From Paraspadella gotoi (lineage: Eukaryota > Animalia > Chaetognatha): DNA of 64,000 nucleotides. The notes beneath the pieces are model-generated. The model was not told the origin of the DNA and searched no databases. It saw only the letters and a program-made list of their open reading frames with translations. Shown piece after piece: positions 26,477 through 39,221 of the stretch. The stretch's first letter is position 1, and the number at the start of each line of letters is the position of its first letter. The stretch lies in contig CM119266.1 of NCBI GenBank assembly GCA_051294375.1, forward strand, positions 1,617,554 through 1,681,553, read 5' to 3'. A program made the translations under genes and the position numbers.

Positions 26477-27444
26477 CTGGATAATCAAAAAGTTTTTAAC
26501 TTACTGTAATTACTTTCCGCGTTAATTCTGAAAACTCCTTTCTCATGAATGGAACTGTGTTGAAACTTCTGTTGGTTCGAATTTAAATAGTTATCTCATT
26601 GATGAAATATCGATTTGTTTTCGGTGAAACAAGAAAAACAAATACATGTAATTGCCTTCGTGAAAGTCACTGCCTTGGTGAACTGATTTGTTTTGTACCC
26701 TTTTTTTTCATTTATTTTTTTACAGTTCTAAGTTTCTAACTTCTTTTGTTATTGGTTATGTTTTTTCTAGTTTATGTATTATAATCCTTTCGAAAATATT
26801 TGCTGCGTTTTCTCTGATTCAAAAGTTATGTCTTTTTTATTCCGAGAAAAATAAAGATAATCACAAATACGATTGAACACAAAAATGTTGGTTTAAAAAA
26901 AAAAACCAAATAGTTTGCCAAATGATCCAAGAACAAAATTCCAGGATCTTATAGATATTTTGTAATATTAAAAATCGTAAGTACTACGAGCATAAAAAAT
27001 AAAGAACGCATTTATCGCGTTACGCATTTATCCAATATCCACGCATTCTCTGAAAGAATATCAAGTCTTAAAAGTAATTGTGGATATGCTGATAGTAAGT
27101 ACATGCGGACGACAAAGGTGAGAACACAAAAGTAAAAATTAAGATAAATATACATAACAAAATACAGGGTGTAAATTATAAAAAGCTGGAAGCAAATTAA
27201 AAAGGTAAAAAAAAAATCCCCCGCTAAACCCGAAGATCTGGAATGGCCGCTTTAATACAGGAAGCACCGAAATAAGAAATACAAAGTTTTAACAAACAAA
27301 CAAAACTGTCCCCGTGAGTATTGTCATTAACCAGCTTCCGCTGCTCAACAATTAGAGAGCCCACGAGTTAGAGATAAGTCTTTTGTTTTTTTTGAGTAGT
27401 AACTTGCTCCTACAAACGCCTTCTTTTTAGAAGATCATGATGCT

Positions 27445-30400
27445 TTAAAGCTGCCGTGCCATCCTGATGCAGCAGAACGCGACAACGGCGATGATGATGA
27501 TGATTACGACAATAGCGACGACGATACCGATGATCATGCCGAGACTGAGAACGCCCTGTTGACGATATCCCGGCCCTGTTAAAAAACATAAAACAAGTTT
27601 GAGCAAACGATGTCGGATCTGCCCACGATAATTAAGCGGTAATCAGATAAATAAATAAATACTATAGTAGAAATAATTACAAATAATTTTTTTAAATATT
27701 ATTAATTTTTTTAACTTGCATAATTTTTTTCAATTTGCATAATTTTGTCAAATTGCATCATTTTGTCAAATTGCATCATTTTGTCAAATTTCATCATTTT
27801 GTCAACTTGCATACTTTTTTCAACTTGCATTATTTTTAACTTGCATCATTTTTTTAACTCGCATCATTTTTTAGATTCGCATTATTTTTTCAACTTGCAT
27901 CATTTTTTCAACTTGCATCATTCTTTCAACTTGCATCATTCTTTCAACTTGCATCATTTTTTCAAATTGCATAATTTTTTTACATAATTAATTAATTAAG
28001 TAAGCATAAATAATAAAAATTCAATTCAACTTGACTTTTAGTTTTTTTCATGCAAACTCATTTCCACTTTTCGATTCCATCAAAACTTTATATCTTACTC
28101 AATCATACACTTTCCTACCCACACACAAAATTTAATCTCGATTTAATTCAATTAATTATGGGTTGAAATTAGTAAAAAGATTCAAATAAAAGTGACTTTT
28201 GTTTTTTCCATTTAAACTCATTTCCAATTGCACGATTCCATCAAAACTTTATATCCAGCTCAATCATACACAAAGTTTTATTCCAATACATCCATCCGAT
28301 TACGAGTAATTGGAGTTTAATGAAAAGGTGGGACGGACCTTCAGACAGACAGATGGACGGACAGACATTATTTTTGCTAAATTTAGCATAATATGTTCTG
28401 ATGTGATAAAAATGATTTACCGACAAGATTTAGGGGTGGGACCGAAGGACCAACAAAGTGAATTATAGAGTCGGAATCTGCTGATAAGCAGATCCGACTA
28501 AAAACGAACCTTTAAAAAATAATTATAATTGTTGCAAGCAAAAATTTTCTATGAAATTTACCGTAGGGTCTGTTATACTCTTCTCTGTATCGATATTCAT
28601 TTCTGTATCCGTTTTCGTAATATTCGTTGCCTTCAAAAATTTCTCCCATCTAAAAATGGAGTTCAATGTTATAATTACCTTATATAATAAATGATTTAAA
28701 AATGATTTAAAATCCAAATCTACAGATTAATATTCATTTCATGCATTAAAAATTTGCCCGTAACAAAAATAAAATAATTTAAACATCAAAATGCGTTTGT
28801 TGTTACAAATGCGATTTTACATATTTGTTTTTAAAACTAACCAAGCATTCAAAAATTGACGTCAAGTCAAACCTGTACAAGTTCTTTTGATTACAACTTG
28901 TTAAAATTTTCAAGATATCAACTGAGCGTTCAAAGAAACCAAACCCAAAAAAAAGACCTGACAAAAGAAATTAAACACTTACCCTTACCCTCGCGCGCCC
29001 ATACTGTGGATTTTTAATACAATAACTTAACTTATAATTATTTACTATAAAACGACGCGCTTCTAAAGTCAGGCCTCAAAATTGTTACAAGTAAAGGTAA
29101 GGGTTCAAGCTTAAAAAATAAATCGATTTAGTCCATTACACATTAGAGTAATAACATATATACAGAAACTCTATAGTATGAAATTGGTACAACCAATATA
29201 AAAATTATCCATTCATTTATAAATAAGCTATCTTGCCCCTGACTTTGGACAGGCTTTGGTGGTTTAAGGCCTCCATCACTCTACAAGATAATTACTAGAG
29301 GTCCCTGCAAGCTTCAATCAAGACTCTCTCACAGTCCCGTTTATTCACTCCAGAGTACCTGGGCTTCCCTATCAATGAAGTGGAAAATATTTCAAAGAAT
29401 GTTTCATTGTATGAAAAGACCACTCCCTTAAGTATTAGATCGGGGAATACTTATTGTACTCCGCACTAGCATCAAAATACAAGGAGCTGAATTTTATGAA
29501 ATTGGTACAACCAATATAAAATTGTCCATTCATTTAATAAATAAGCTATCTTGCCCTGACTTTGGACGGCTTTGGTGGTTTAAGGCCTCCATCACTCTTA
29601 CAAGATAATTACATAGCAGGTCCTGCAAGCTTTCAATCAAGACTCTCTCACAGTCCCGTTTATTCACTCCCAGAGTACCTGGCTTCCTATCAATGAAGTG
29701 GAAAATATTTCAAAGAATGTTTTCAATTGTATGAAAAGACCACTCCCTTAAGTATTAGATCGGGGAATACTTATTGTACTCCGCACTAGCATCAAAATAC
29801 AAGGAGCTGAATTTTATGAAATTTGGTACAACCAATATAAAAATTATCCATTCATTTAATAAATAAGCTATCTTGCCCCTGACTTTGGACAGGCTTTGGT
29901 GGTTTAAGGCCTCCATCACTCTTACAAGATAATTACATAGCAGGTCCCTGCATGTTGTAGTTTGGATCATAACAAGTCAGTTTGAACGGCGACTCACCCG
30001 AACTCTTGGCCCGACCCTGACTCTTGGCGTCAAACGAGGCGTTAGTCTCGTTCTTACCGATAGCGATTCATCTGAAATGGACATTTAATATTCATGATGA
30101 CCAACTAATGAAACATAGTACCATGGGCCCGGTTAGAGAGCAAAGAATATTTTTAATTCATTATTGAACCGAACTTGGGTTAGATTATAAGTAAATTATT
30201 TTAGCGTAATATTCATATTGCTTTTATGGTTCGGTTAGCTCAGCTGGTTAGAGCGTGGGGCTAACAACGACAAGGTCGAGGGTTCGATCCCCTCCCTGGC
30301 CAATGCCCATTTCTTTATATTTATTTTATGTAATACCTTTTCATTTTTTTTTCGTTGTCTTTCTTTTCTTTCAAAAAAAAATATATATTTCTGATTACTG

Positions 30401-30579
30401 CGATATAAAAAAAAATCATCAGAATTAACTAATATAAAATATTGATCTTTCAGAATCAATGTTGACATTTCGTACAAACCGGCAAGAAACGACAAAGTGA
30501 GAAACACGGCCAATCCAAACCCGACCAGCGTTTTGGTCGTCCAGTTTCTGAGATTCCATCCTTTCCAGGAACGCCGCAT
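27445..30579 (-). CDS. Putative small single-pass membrane protein built with micro-exons: 30579-30480, 30071-30058, 29003-28983 (or 28989), 27575-27445
   Basis: Signal-peptide-like MRRSWKGWNLRNWTTKTLVGFGLAVFLTLSFLA; micro-exons DESLS and YGRAR(VR) bounded by CAG and GTAAG; last exon PGYRQQGVLSLGMIIGIVVAIVVIIIIIAVVAFCCIRMARQL*. The phase at the last junction is off by 1. Confidence 0.5.
27591..28504 (-). mobile_element. HINE/DINE-1-like element, copy 2 (best preserved), with an internal 18-19-bp tandem repeat at ~27710-27985
   Basis: SubTIR GTCGGATCTGC next to the terminal hairpin; its inverse GCAGATCCGAC at the other end, inside the palindrome GTCGGAATCTGC-TGATAA-GCAGATCCGAC; GACA/GGAC microsatellite; array of TTCAACTTGCATCATTTTT. 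Confidence 0.8.
29177..29953. repeat. Tandem array (~2.4 units of ~319 bp) of a dispersed repeat
   Basis: Units start TATGAAATTGGTACAACCAATATAAAA at 29177, 29495 and 29815. The same sequence occurs at 53013-53258, with fragments at ~34735, ~48635 and ~57527-57590. Confidence 0.9.
30228..30302 (+). pseudogene. tRNA-Ile(AAT)-type body carrying an AAC anticodon; probable pseudo-tRNA
   Basis: TAGCTCAGCTGGTTAGAGCG D-arm/A box and perfect T arm GAGGG-TTCGATC-CCCTC. Loop is CT-AAC-AA. The anticodon stem TGGGG/CGACA has 2 mismatches and the acceptor stem is imperfect. Confidence 0.75.
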
Positions 30580-31139
30580 GGCAATCGAGAGTTTTTGTGC
30601 GTATAACTTGTGCGCGATGATTGCTTAAATTAAGTAAGTTTTAAGTACTCCGCCTAAATATAAATAGTTCCTGTAGTATTGTCATGAAGGAGAAAAAGGA
30701 GAGAATCGGTTTGTTTACATGTGACGCGATTCGAACGGGATTTACTCCGCGGAGGAAGATGATTCCACGAGGAGGAGGTTTTAAGGCTTCGGGGAGGAAG
30801 AGGGGATGAGGAAGAGGTGGACGGGTTTTTTTCTTCGATGCTCAGGAAGAATGAAGGAGCAAAGGATTTATTTGAACGACTGGTGGCATTTCCGAATTTC
30901 CCTCTCAACTCGATGTTCTTTTGTTAAAGAGCCCATCGGTTCGCGGTCGCAGCGCTGGAAGAACCGCTCGGATGGTTGTTAAACTACTACTATAACTTGA
31001 ATTTAAAAAAAGTCGTAAGCCTCTGGTAGCCATAGCCGATGAAATTTAAATGCTAATGTATACAGCGTTAAAATAATCTATCATGACCATAGATTATGGT
31101 ATTAAAATATTTTTTGTCAAAAATGCTTTCTTTGAGGGT

Positions 31140-31520
31140 ACTAGCCTAATTAAAAATATTATATTACTATATAGAGCAAAAATTTTTTTTTTAAATCTTA
31201 AATTTTTTGATGGATTCTGATAGAGCATAAAAAGTTAAACAAGAAATATAATTACATCTTTTAAAATTCTTACGTTTCTAAGTGAAAATATAAAAAAACT
31301 GATAAAATCATCGAAAGATGATGATGATGATGATTTTTTACGGTTTTTCTTATTTTTGACACACTTATCGTAAAATATTTAAAAAAGAATTATACTTTGT
31401 GTAGACAACTTTTTATGAGCTATCTGAATCTGGTCTTAAAATTTAAAATTTCTAAAAAAATTTTTTGGCCTTTCCTATATATAAATAAATATTAAAAAAT
31501 TAATTACTAGGGTATAGAGC
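31140..31520. mobile_element. Degenerate foldback/MITE
   Basis: Imperfect inverted arms (GATTCTGATAGAGCATAAAAAGT against ACTTTTTATGAGCTATCTGAATC); related sequence at ~16170-16240. Confidence 0.45.
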
Positions 31521-32094
31521 CATATTAGAAATTTTTGTCCATTGAAAGTATTCTTAAAAATGTCTAAATATTCGTTTGAGCATGTACTCACTCTAAATTT
31601 TTGACTCACCCCATTGAGTGCGGCTACCCCTACCTCTGGCGATATTTTTACGGCAGTGTATTCCGAATGCTTTTGTGTTCTCTTTATTACGGTTACCGGT
31701 AAACAAATTTAGTAATAGTACGATAATTTAGGCGTTCCACTTGTGAAATGAATAAGGCACACATTCAGTAAAATTTTTTAGTCAATATTGTAAAAAAAGT
31801 ATGTTTTTTTGACATAATACAAATAGCACCAATATTTACAAATATATCTGTTAAAACCGATTTTTGTCACGATTAAAATGTACGTAGCAAATTAACAGCG
31901 CGATAAAATCAATAAACAAATTGGTAAAAAAAACCTTAGCGAACGTTAATTCCAAATGCATCAATGTAAATACTGTTCAGATAGTAGGTTTGATTTTAGG
32001 CAGGCTCAATTCCTCGGCTTCATTTTAATCTATCCCATTGTCTTGATCATCATCTCCCTTTCTCCATCCTCACCCCCTCCTTTCCCCCCATCAA

Positions 32095-33155
32095 TCATGG
32101 CAACAGCTTCGTCTTGTCCGTCGTCTTATTCTTCGTCGTCGTCGTCGTCATCTTTCTCTTCTCGAAGATAGTATCGTCCTCGTCGTCGCCTTCGTCGTCG
32201 TCGTCGTCCTCCATGCTGGCGGCGAAGTGCCGGATCTCCGTCCCGGCGTCGTCGCCGTCGTCCAGAATGACGCCGTATTTGCGCGTCCTGGACGTCAGCC
32301 GTCGCCGCGTGACGTAGCGTACGACGACGACGATGATGATTATGACGACGATGGAGAAGACGACGCCGGACGCTTGGACGAGGGTTCGTTGGTCGTGGAG
32401 AGACGCGTTTCATGAATCTGTTGGGGGGGGAGAAAGAGGGGGAGAGAGCGGAAGTGAAAGAGGAAGCGGAAGGAGGAGAGGAAGTGTGAAAGAGGAAGCG
32501 GAAGGAGGAGAGGAAAGTGAAAGGAGAAGCGAAGGAGGAGAGGAAGCGAAAGGAGGAGAGGAAGTGAAAGAGGAAGCGGAAGGAGGAGAGGAAGTGAAAG
32601 AGGAAGCGGAAGGAGGAGGAGGAAGTGAAAGAGGAAGCGGAAGGAGGAGAGGAAGTGAAAGAGGAAGCGGAAGGAGGAGAGGAAGTGAAGAGGAAGCGGA
32701 AGGAGGAGAGGAAGTGAAAGAGGAAGCGAAGAGGAGAGGAAGTGAAAGAGGAAGCGGAAGGAGGAGAGGAAGTGAAAGAGGAAGCGGAAGGAGGAGAAAG
32801 AGTGAAAGAGGAAGGCGAAGGAGGAGAGGAAGTGAAAGAGGAAGCGGAAGGAGGAGAAGAAGTGAAAAAAGCGAAAGAAAAGTCAAGTGATCATAACAAT
32901 GAATATTTGTTTCTTTGATAATTACGGATCGTTTCGTTTTTCTTACTTCGTCACTTTCTCTTTCGTCGTGTCGGTGACGTTGACGACGTCCACGCCGGAA
33001 ATTGACGCAGCGACGTTAGTGACGCCGGGCGACGGCGTTGGCGTTGTCGTCGTTGGGGTCGTCGTCTTCGTCGTCTCGGCGACCGTCGTGGTCGTCAACG
33101 TCGCAGTCAAGGACAAGACGACGATCGTCACCATGGAAACCATAGGCGACACCAT
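32095..33155 (-). CDS. FAM174 (TMEM157)-like membrane protein, exons 33155-32947 and 32417-32095
   Basis: Signal peptide and Thr-rich ectodomain, then TM GVVFSIVVIIIIVVVV, RTRKYGVI and acidic DDEDDTIFE, the FAM174 signature. One extra base in the A run at 32408-32410 breaks the frame. Confidence 0.75.
32450..32880. repeat. 30-bp purine-rich minisatellite filling the FAM174-like intron
   Basis: Repeats of GGAAGTGAAAGAGGAAGCGGAAGGAGGAGA. Confidence 0.9.
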
Positions 33156-36100
33156 TTTTTTGTCCGATTTTCTTTTTTTGCGGAGTTTTTTAATTGTTCA
33201 ATTTTATTAAATTACGTCATTTGGAATTTAACTGTTTATTGACAAACCGGTCGCCTTCAAAAACATTTACTCTTACAGAGGTAAAAATTCATAAAAAAAC
33301 AACAAAAAAACAGTGATTTGTATTGTTTGTTTTTTTTCCTGTGATGAGTTTTGGACAAAAAAAATTTAGTACTGTGGCTGTTGTTCGTTGACAGGAAACT
33401 GCAGCCGAAGTCACCAACCCGTAACTGTCAGTTGTCAATTGCTAGAAATTTCGTAATCATCGACTTCGATCAGCAAAATATAACAGTCAACTTCGAGATA
33501 AAGGAACAAAAATTGTCTTACTAAAAAATATGTTAGAAACATTATCTTAGAAGACAAATATATATCGTTTTATCAAAATATAATCAAGTGTTTTATTCAA
33601 AATATAAAACGAAAATTATTTTTCTCCAATTTCGATCTCGAGTTTGGATCGATTTATTTACGTTCGAGCAACTCGAGTCCCTGTCGCGAAATCCAGTTCT
33701 GTTTTTTTTTTTTTTTTTTAGATATTTTTTTGTGTCCACGTTGGCAAAGAAGGTTTTATCGAAGTCAGACCCGCGAGGAACGAGGGCGGCTTCGATCTTT
33801 GTTTGGGATCGAGGCTGCAATATTTTTTGCAATCACGAGACCGGGGTCGTTGGCCCGTATGTTGGAATTATGCAATTGTTAGATATAAGTCAACTTTATG
33901 ATTTTTTAGCGAGTAAAACAAATATCTTATTGTTTAGGAAACGCATGTAGTGAATGGTAAAATTGCATGATTTGATGTTATGACGTTTGTTGTGAGCGAG
34001 TGATTAGCCTCCATATATGTCAATCGTTTCAGTGACTGTCTTTGTCGCCCAATTTAAAATAGAAATAATATGTTTTTTTTCTTAAACTACAAAAGTCCCT
34101 AAAAAATTATTATTTTTTTTATAAATATTATCTTTTGTGATTGTGAACCCAACAATGCTAAAGGAAACAGTCTCAGTCAATGGCACGTAAGTGTCGACCA
34201 CGAGGATTTGAAATTCAATTAAAAATTAAAAATAAAAAAAGGGAAAAAATCTTTACTTTAGTTCCGGTTACTTTTTTTTTATCCCCGAAGAAAACAAATT
34301 GTAGAATGCTAAATTACAGCCAAATGACTGTTCTGCTTTGTTCGCTCCACCAACGGTAATAATAGCTGAAATTAAACTCTCTCTCTCCCTCTCTCTCTAT
34401 ATTTCTCTCTCTCTCTCTGTCAAAAACCGGTCTGTCGTCAGTTTCTAAATTTCGGATAAAAACGATCTCTACCGGTTTGATCAATGAACTGCAGGGTGAA
34501 GGACAAGATGATAATTTTTAGGTTTTGGCTGTGGAATCCACTTTATGCGACTCTTTTCGGTAAGTAAGTCGGCCATCTGAATGTGCTATTAATTCATATT
34601 AATTTAGACATATTAAATATTATTAATCAATTTTGATTACAAAGTTCCAGTTTGGTAGTTATCGATCTCAGGCTGACTCAGAGTCGCGGATGAAGGATTT
34701 AGAACCGAATGATATACAATTGAAACATTCTTTGAAATGTTATATCACTTCATTGATAGGGAAGCCATGGGCAAATTAGCTTAAATGAATGTATTATTTT
34801 ATATTGGTCGTACTGAGTTTATACGATGTAGGCGGTAATTTATTCTGTAGTGATAAAAGGGAAGAGCTAACTGATAGTGATGCTATAAAATATCTGTTTA
34901 GCTGTCATTCATTGTTTGTTTGTAATTTAACAAATTTCGAGTAAAAATTTAAAAGTTTATGGAATACAGAAACGTAATTGTCTCATAATGAGAAGATCAA
35001 AGTTTTAGGTTTAAGTGCGATGTAATTTTTCATTTACAGGGACCAAACAGGATTTTAGGATTCATGCAACTCCAGTTTTGTTAGAAAATTTCTCTAAAAT
35101 TATTTATCAGCTTTTTAAGCGATAGTATCTTGTAAAAAATATAAAGTTTTAATTCACATTAGGAAAACTTTGGTCTCTGATGCAAAATATCGGTGCAACC
35201 TGTTTCACAAATTTACAGTGTAATGACATAAGATTAAGACATTAATAATTTACATGAGTGCCATATTATCAAAGTTCGATACACAATAAAAAAATTTCGA
35301 ATCCAATATTTTATCATTTAAGCAGTGACAGGAAGCCTTTGTAAAAACATCACATAAAGCACGGTTCACAAGTTTTTCATTAAGAGAAAGAGAGAGAGAG
35401 AGAGAGATCTCCGAAAGTCAGATAATTTTTGCTGATGGCGTCTCTCATACATTAATTATTTCCTCTTCGCCATGTCCTTTTGTTTATAGAGTAACTAAGG
35501 ATATTTAGATTAGGAAAACGATTTTTTTTTCATAATCTAGAGAAAAAGTCACACGAGTGGATTGTTTAAAAACTTCAATTAAAAAGTTCAACAACCTTAG
35601 AAGTCATATGTAACAAATAAAATTTGTTAGGACAATGTATGTCCGATTTAAAAAAACTAAGGTAATACGTAAATACAGTCAAAATAAGCTAAAATTAGTA
35701 GGTTTGGTGAAATTTTGACTTGTGTTTTATTACAAATTTTGACAAGCTTGGGCAAAATCAATAAGAAGAGAGCCTTTTAAATCAATATTAGCCGCGATGT
35801 TTGCCTAACATATATTGACTTAATCCACAGACTTTAAAAGGGGCGATTACTAAACATACCAGATTATGTTTCTTCAAATTCAAGGTGGATTCGACAAGTA
35901 AAAATCACAAATTTGAATGAAAATATGACAGGAGTAAAACTAGGATAAGAAATAGGCAACCTCGAAACATTTTCTAACATCCATTTTTCGAAAATGGGTG
36001 CCATTAAAAATTCATATACGTATGCGTTTTAAGAGCAGACGATAGTTGTATAAAATATAAAACAAAAGGGCAGTTTTTTTTAAGCACAGCGAAATTAGAC

Positions 36101-36551
36101 AAATTTGACTCGCGAGGCGAGTTCACAGGGATTTGTACAAAGCGAAGACGAAAGAGACTTTGTGATACGCAGAGTGAGAAAAGTCACAAGCACGTTTGTT
36201 CACGAGATACATAAATTTTCAAGGAGCGCGGGAATAAAAAAGATAGAGAGACATTGCATGTCTGAGCACGAAAATTCCGTTTTAACGTTCAGCGATTGTT
36301 GAAACTTTTACTGTTGCAAATGATGCTGCTGCTTCTCTTTCATTTTCTCACTCACTGCTCTTTAAATTAAACCCAAATTTCATAACCTAAACACTGTTAT
36401 TCTTTCCACGTTTTTTTTTTAAAGCTCTTTCTCCTCCATCCTTTAGCGACTTACCTTTTTTCCTTTCCTTCCTCGAATCCTCTTTCTTCTATCTCTTCCC
36501 CTCCACCCCCTCTACCCTCTCCGCCCCCTCTCCCTCCCTATCCCTTTCTTC

Positions 36552-37149
36552 TCACACCCTCCCGCCCCTCACCACCTCCACGTCGTGACAGACGATTCCC
36601 GAATATTCCAGAAACTTCTCCGGACTAAACTCGTCGACGTTCCAGTCGTCGTCGTCGTCGTCGTCGGTGACGTCGCGGACGACGACGTCGCCGATGACGA
36701 CGTCCTTCAACGACGACGTCAGAGAGTCCGAGTCGGAAACGACCCCGCTGCCGCCGGAAGCGGCGCTGCCGGGACGCCGGTCCGCGTCGGCGCCGCCGGC
36801 GACGACGACGGTGGCTTTGACCGCCGACGCTCGCCCCTGCCGCGTGGACTGCTGCTGCTGCTGCTGCGGGGGGAAACTCAGCTGCGTCGCCAGCGGCGGA
36901 GGGAGGCGTTTGGAGGAAGAAGAGGCGCGGGGGCTGGCGGACGGCGCCGAATCGTCGGCTGCGGCGCGCGGCGCGAAGAGATCGGCGGTGATAGCGCCGC
37001 GTTTGGCGACGGATCCTCCCGCGTAGGTCATGTGACGCGGAGGCGTCTTTACTGCGCCGCCGGACGCGGAGGAAGCGGCGCCGGTGGGATCTTCGTCTCC
37101 GTAGGCGGTGCGATCGAGGCGAGCGCGTTCGCGGTTGCGGGCTTTGTAT
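36552..37149 (-). CDS. Probable exon of an unidentified gene (low complexity)
   Basis: GC-rich block with acceptor CCCCCCCCTCAG; open frame YKARNRERARLDRTAYGDED...DWNVDEFSPEKFLEYSGIVCHDVEV. No recognisable domain. Confidence 0.45.
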
Positions 37150-37207
37150 CTGAGGGGGGGGGTTGTTGTTAAGAAGGTGGGGTAGATTCTAAAATTTTAA
37201 AATTAAA

Positions 37208-37633
37208 TTTAAAGAAAAAATTTCACTAAAAATTAATGAGAAAATATAAATTGATTCATGAATATTTTAAATTGAATACAGAAACGTCTCTCGCGTCAAT
37301 TTAAGTCTTCCTGATGAGACCGATGTATGATGTATTATTTAGTATTATGAAATTTAGTATAAACTTTAAAATATATTAAATTTTAATATATTTTAAAGTT
37401 TATCCTAAATTTCATTACTAGATTTATTAAATTAGTGAATTTTATGTGGAAATATAATTCTAATCATGATAAGGTTAAACTAATTTCTTCCCGTTCACGA
37501 AATAATACATCGTACATCGGTCTCGTCAGAAAGACTTAAATTGACGCGAGAGACGTTTCTGTATTCAATATCAAAATATTCATGAATCAATTTATATTTT
37601 CTCATTAATTTTTAGGGATATTTTTTCTTCAAT
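37208..37633. mobile_element. Foldback MITE with ~130-bp TIRs and an internal AT-rich palindrome
   Basis: 37208-37340 is a near-perfect inverse of 37499-37633 (e.g. GAAACGTCTCTCGCGTCAATTTAAGTC / GACTTAAATTGACGCGAGAGACGTTTC); second palindrome at 37341-37419. Confidence 0.85.
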
Positions 37634-38003
37634 TGTTACTATTTAGATTTCTAAATCTAAATCTATGTCGATTTCTAAATCTATTAATTTTATTCTTGAC
37701 TGAAACAAAAACAAAAGAAGGAAAACGATCCTTTTTTTGGTTTCCAGTTCATAAATCAAATTTAAGACTATGTAAAGGTCTCTCTCTCTCTCCCTGTCCC
37801 TCCCTTCCACCATCTCCCTCTTTCTCTCTCACTTTTTATCGTTTCGGAAACACCAAGTCAAGGATAAATCACCCAAAGTTGGGCAAAAATTCGTTAAAGT
37901 TGAGCATAATTCATGAAAACCGGACAGAAATGTGTTGTTAAGTATTATTTCCCCTCTTTCCTTTTTTGAGAGGTCTCTGGGAGAGAGAGAGAAGAGAGAG
38001 AGA

Positions 38004-38068
<65 letters not shown>

Positions 38069-38459
38069 ATAGAAGGAGATCACGAGCCCGGACATATGAA
38101 CCGGGAACAAAAACAACGAAACCGATGAAAAACAAATCCAATAAAAACATAACAAAGGAAACATTCCGGAACGGAAATGAGAGCTCGAGCGGGAGGGAGA
38201 GGGAGATGTTGAGGGAATGATTACGGAAAATTAGAGGGAGGGAAGGGGGAGATATAGAGAGATAGAGAGCGAGATACGTCCTATCGAAAAGTCGAACGCT
38301 CGATTATTCTCTTCCAGCAATTTTATCTTTCGGGAGTAAACAATAAAATCGGGAAAGTAATAAAATGATGAAGAGAGAGTAAACTCAACAAAATGACAAA
38401 ATGACTAAAATGGACCAAAGGATAAAATGAAATCGACCAGCGGCGTCGGGAACGGCGAC

Positions 38460-38490
<31 letters not shown>

Positions 38491-39008
38491 GCGGCGGCGG
38501 CGTGAAAGATCCGGAGCAACGAGCAAACAAAATGTCAAAACTGAGTGGACGTAAAAATATTGAGAAACGAGCAAACAAAACGAGAAAAACAAACAAAACG
38601 AGAAAAAATAAACAAAAGTAGCGATGGAATCGTCGAAAGGACTTAAACTCTCCGAACACCAGTTTTGGTTTTTAGGTTAAAGGGGGACGATATCCTATGG
38701 AAATAAGAGAGAGAGAGGAGGAAGATGAGAGGAGAGGAAAGAGGAAGAGAGAGAGAGAGGAGGAGAGAGAGAGGAGAGAGATACCATTGCCTGTCCGAAG
38801 TGAGGGGCAAGATATACTATTATTCAATGAATGGATACTTTGAACAGTTGTCCTACTATTTAGTAGAGAGTAGTGTGTTTGAATCAGTAATAAGTTCGGC
38901 TGACTATAAAAACTATGATTCTTGATTAAAAAAAAAAATTTTCATTAAAGTTCTTGGTTTTTGTAAACATTTAGTAAATCCAATTACGTTTGTTGTAAAC
39001 AAAAGTAC

Positions 39009-39221
39009 GTAGGACACAATGAAAAATAACGTGGCGTTACTGTCTCGTGCTGATTTTGTCCCTTTAAAATTGTTTCTGAGCCAAATTAATTGATTATTAT
39101 TTTTGGTAATATGTGCGATATACACTACTGGACATTACTGGGTCTGACCATAACCCTTGACCATCAACAAAAAAGCTAACCTGATCAAAAATAGTAAAAA
39201 AGATGAAGCAATATAGCTCGA
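39009..39221 (-). repeat. Dispersed copy of an internal segment (25745-25955) of the hAT-like element
   Basis: Shared TCGAGCTATATTGCTTCATCTTT...GATGGTCAAGGGTTATGGTCAG...CCACGTTATTTTTCATTGTGTC. Confidence 0.8.

Noticed and set aside
29177-29953. CRISPR-like periodicity here and at 27710-27985
   Set aside because: Whole units repeat with no unique spacers, there are no cas genes, and the context is eukaryotic.
32333-32890. 185-aa Glu/Gly/Arg ORF and its antisense ORF
   Set aside because: They translate the intronic 30-bp minisatellite of the FAM174-like gene.
37100-37149. RYKARNRERAR as a homeodomain, bHLH or bZIP basic region
   Set aside because: No flanking helix or zipper pattern and no upstream exon identified.
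37278-37330. Hammerhead-like words GAAAC...GTC...CTGATGA
   Set aside because: Stems I and II cannot form and there is no C before GAAA; the words lie in a MITE TIR.
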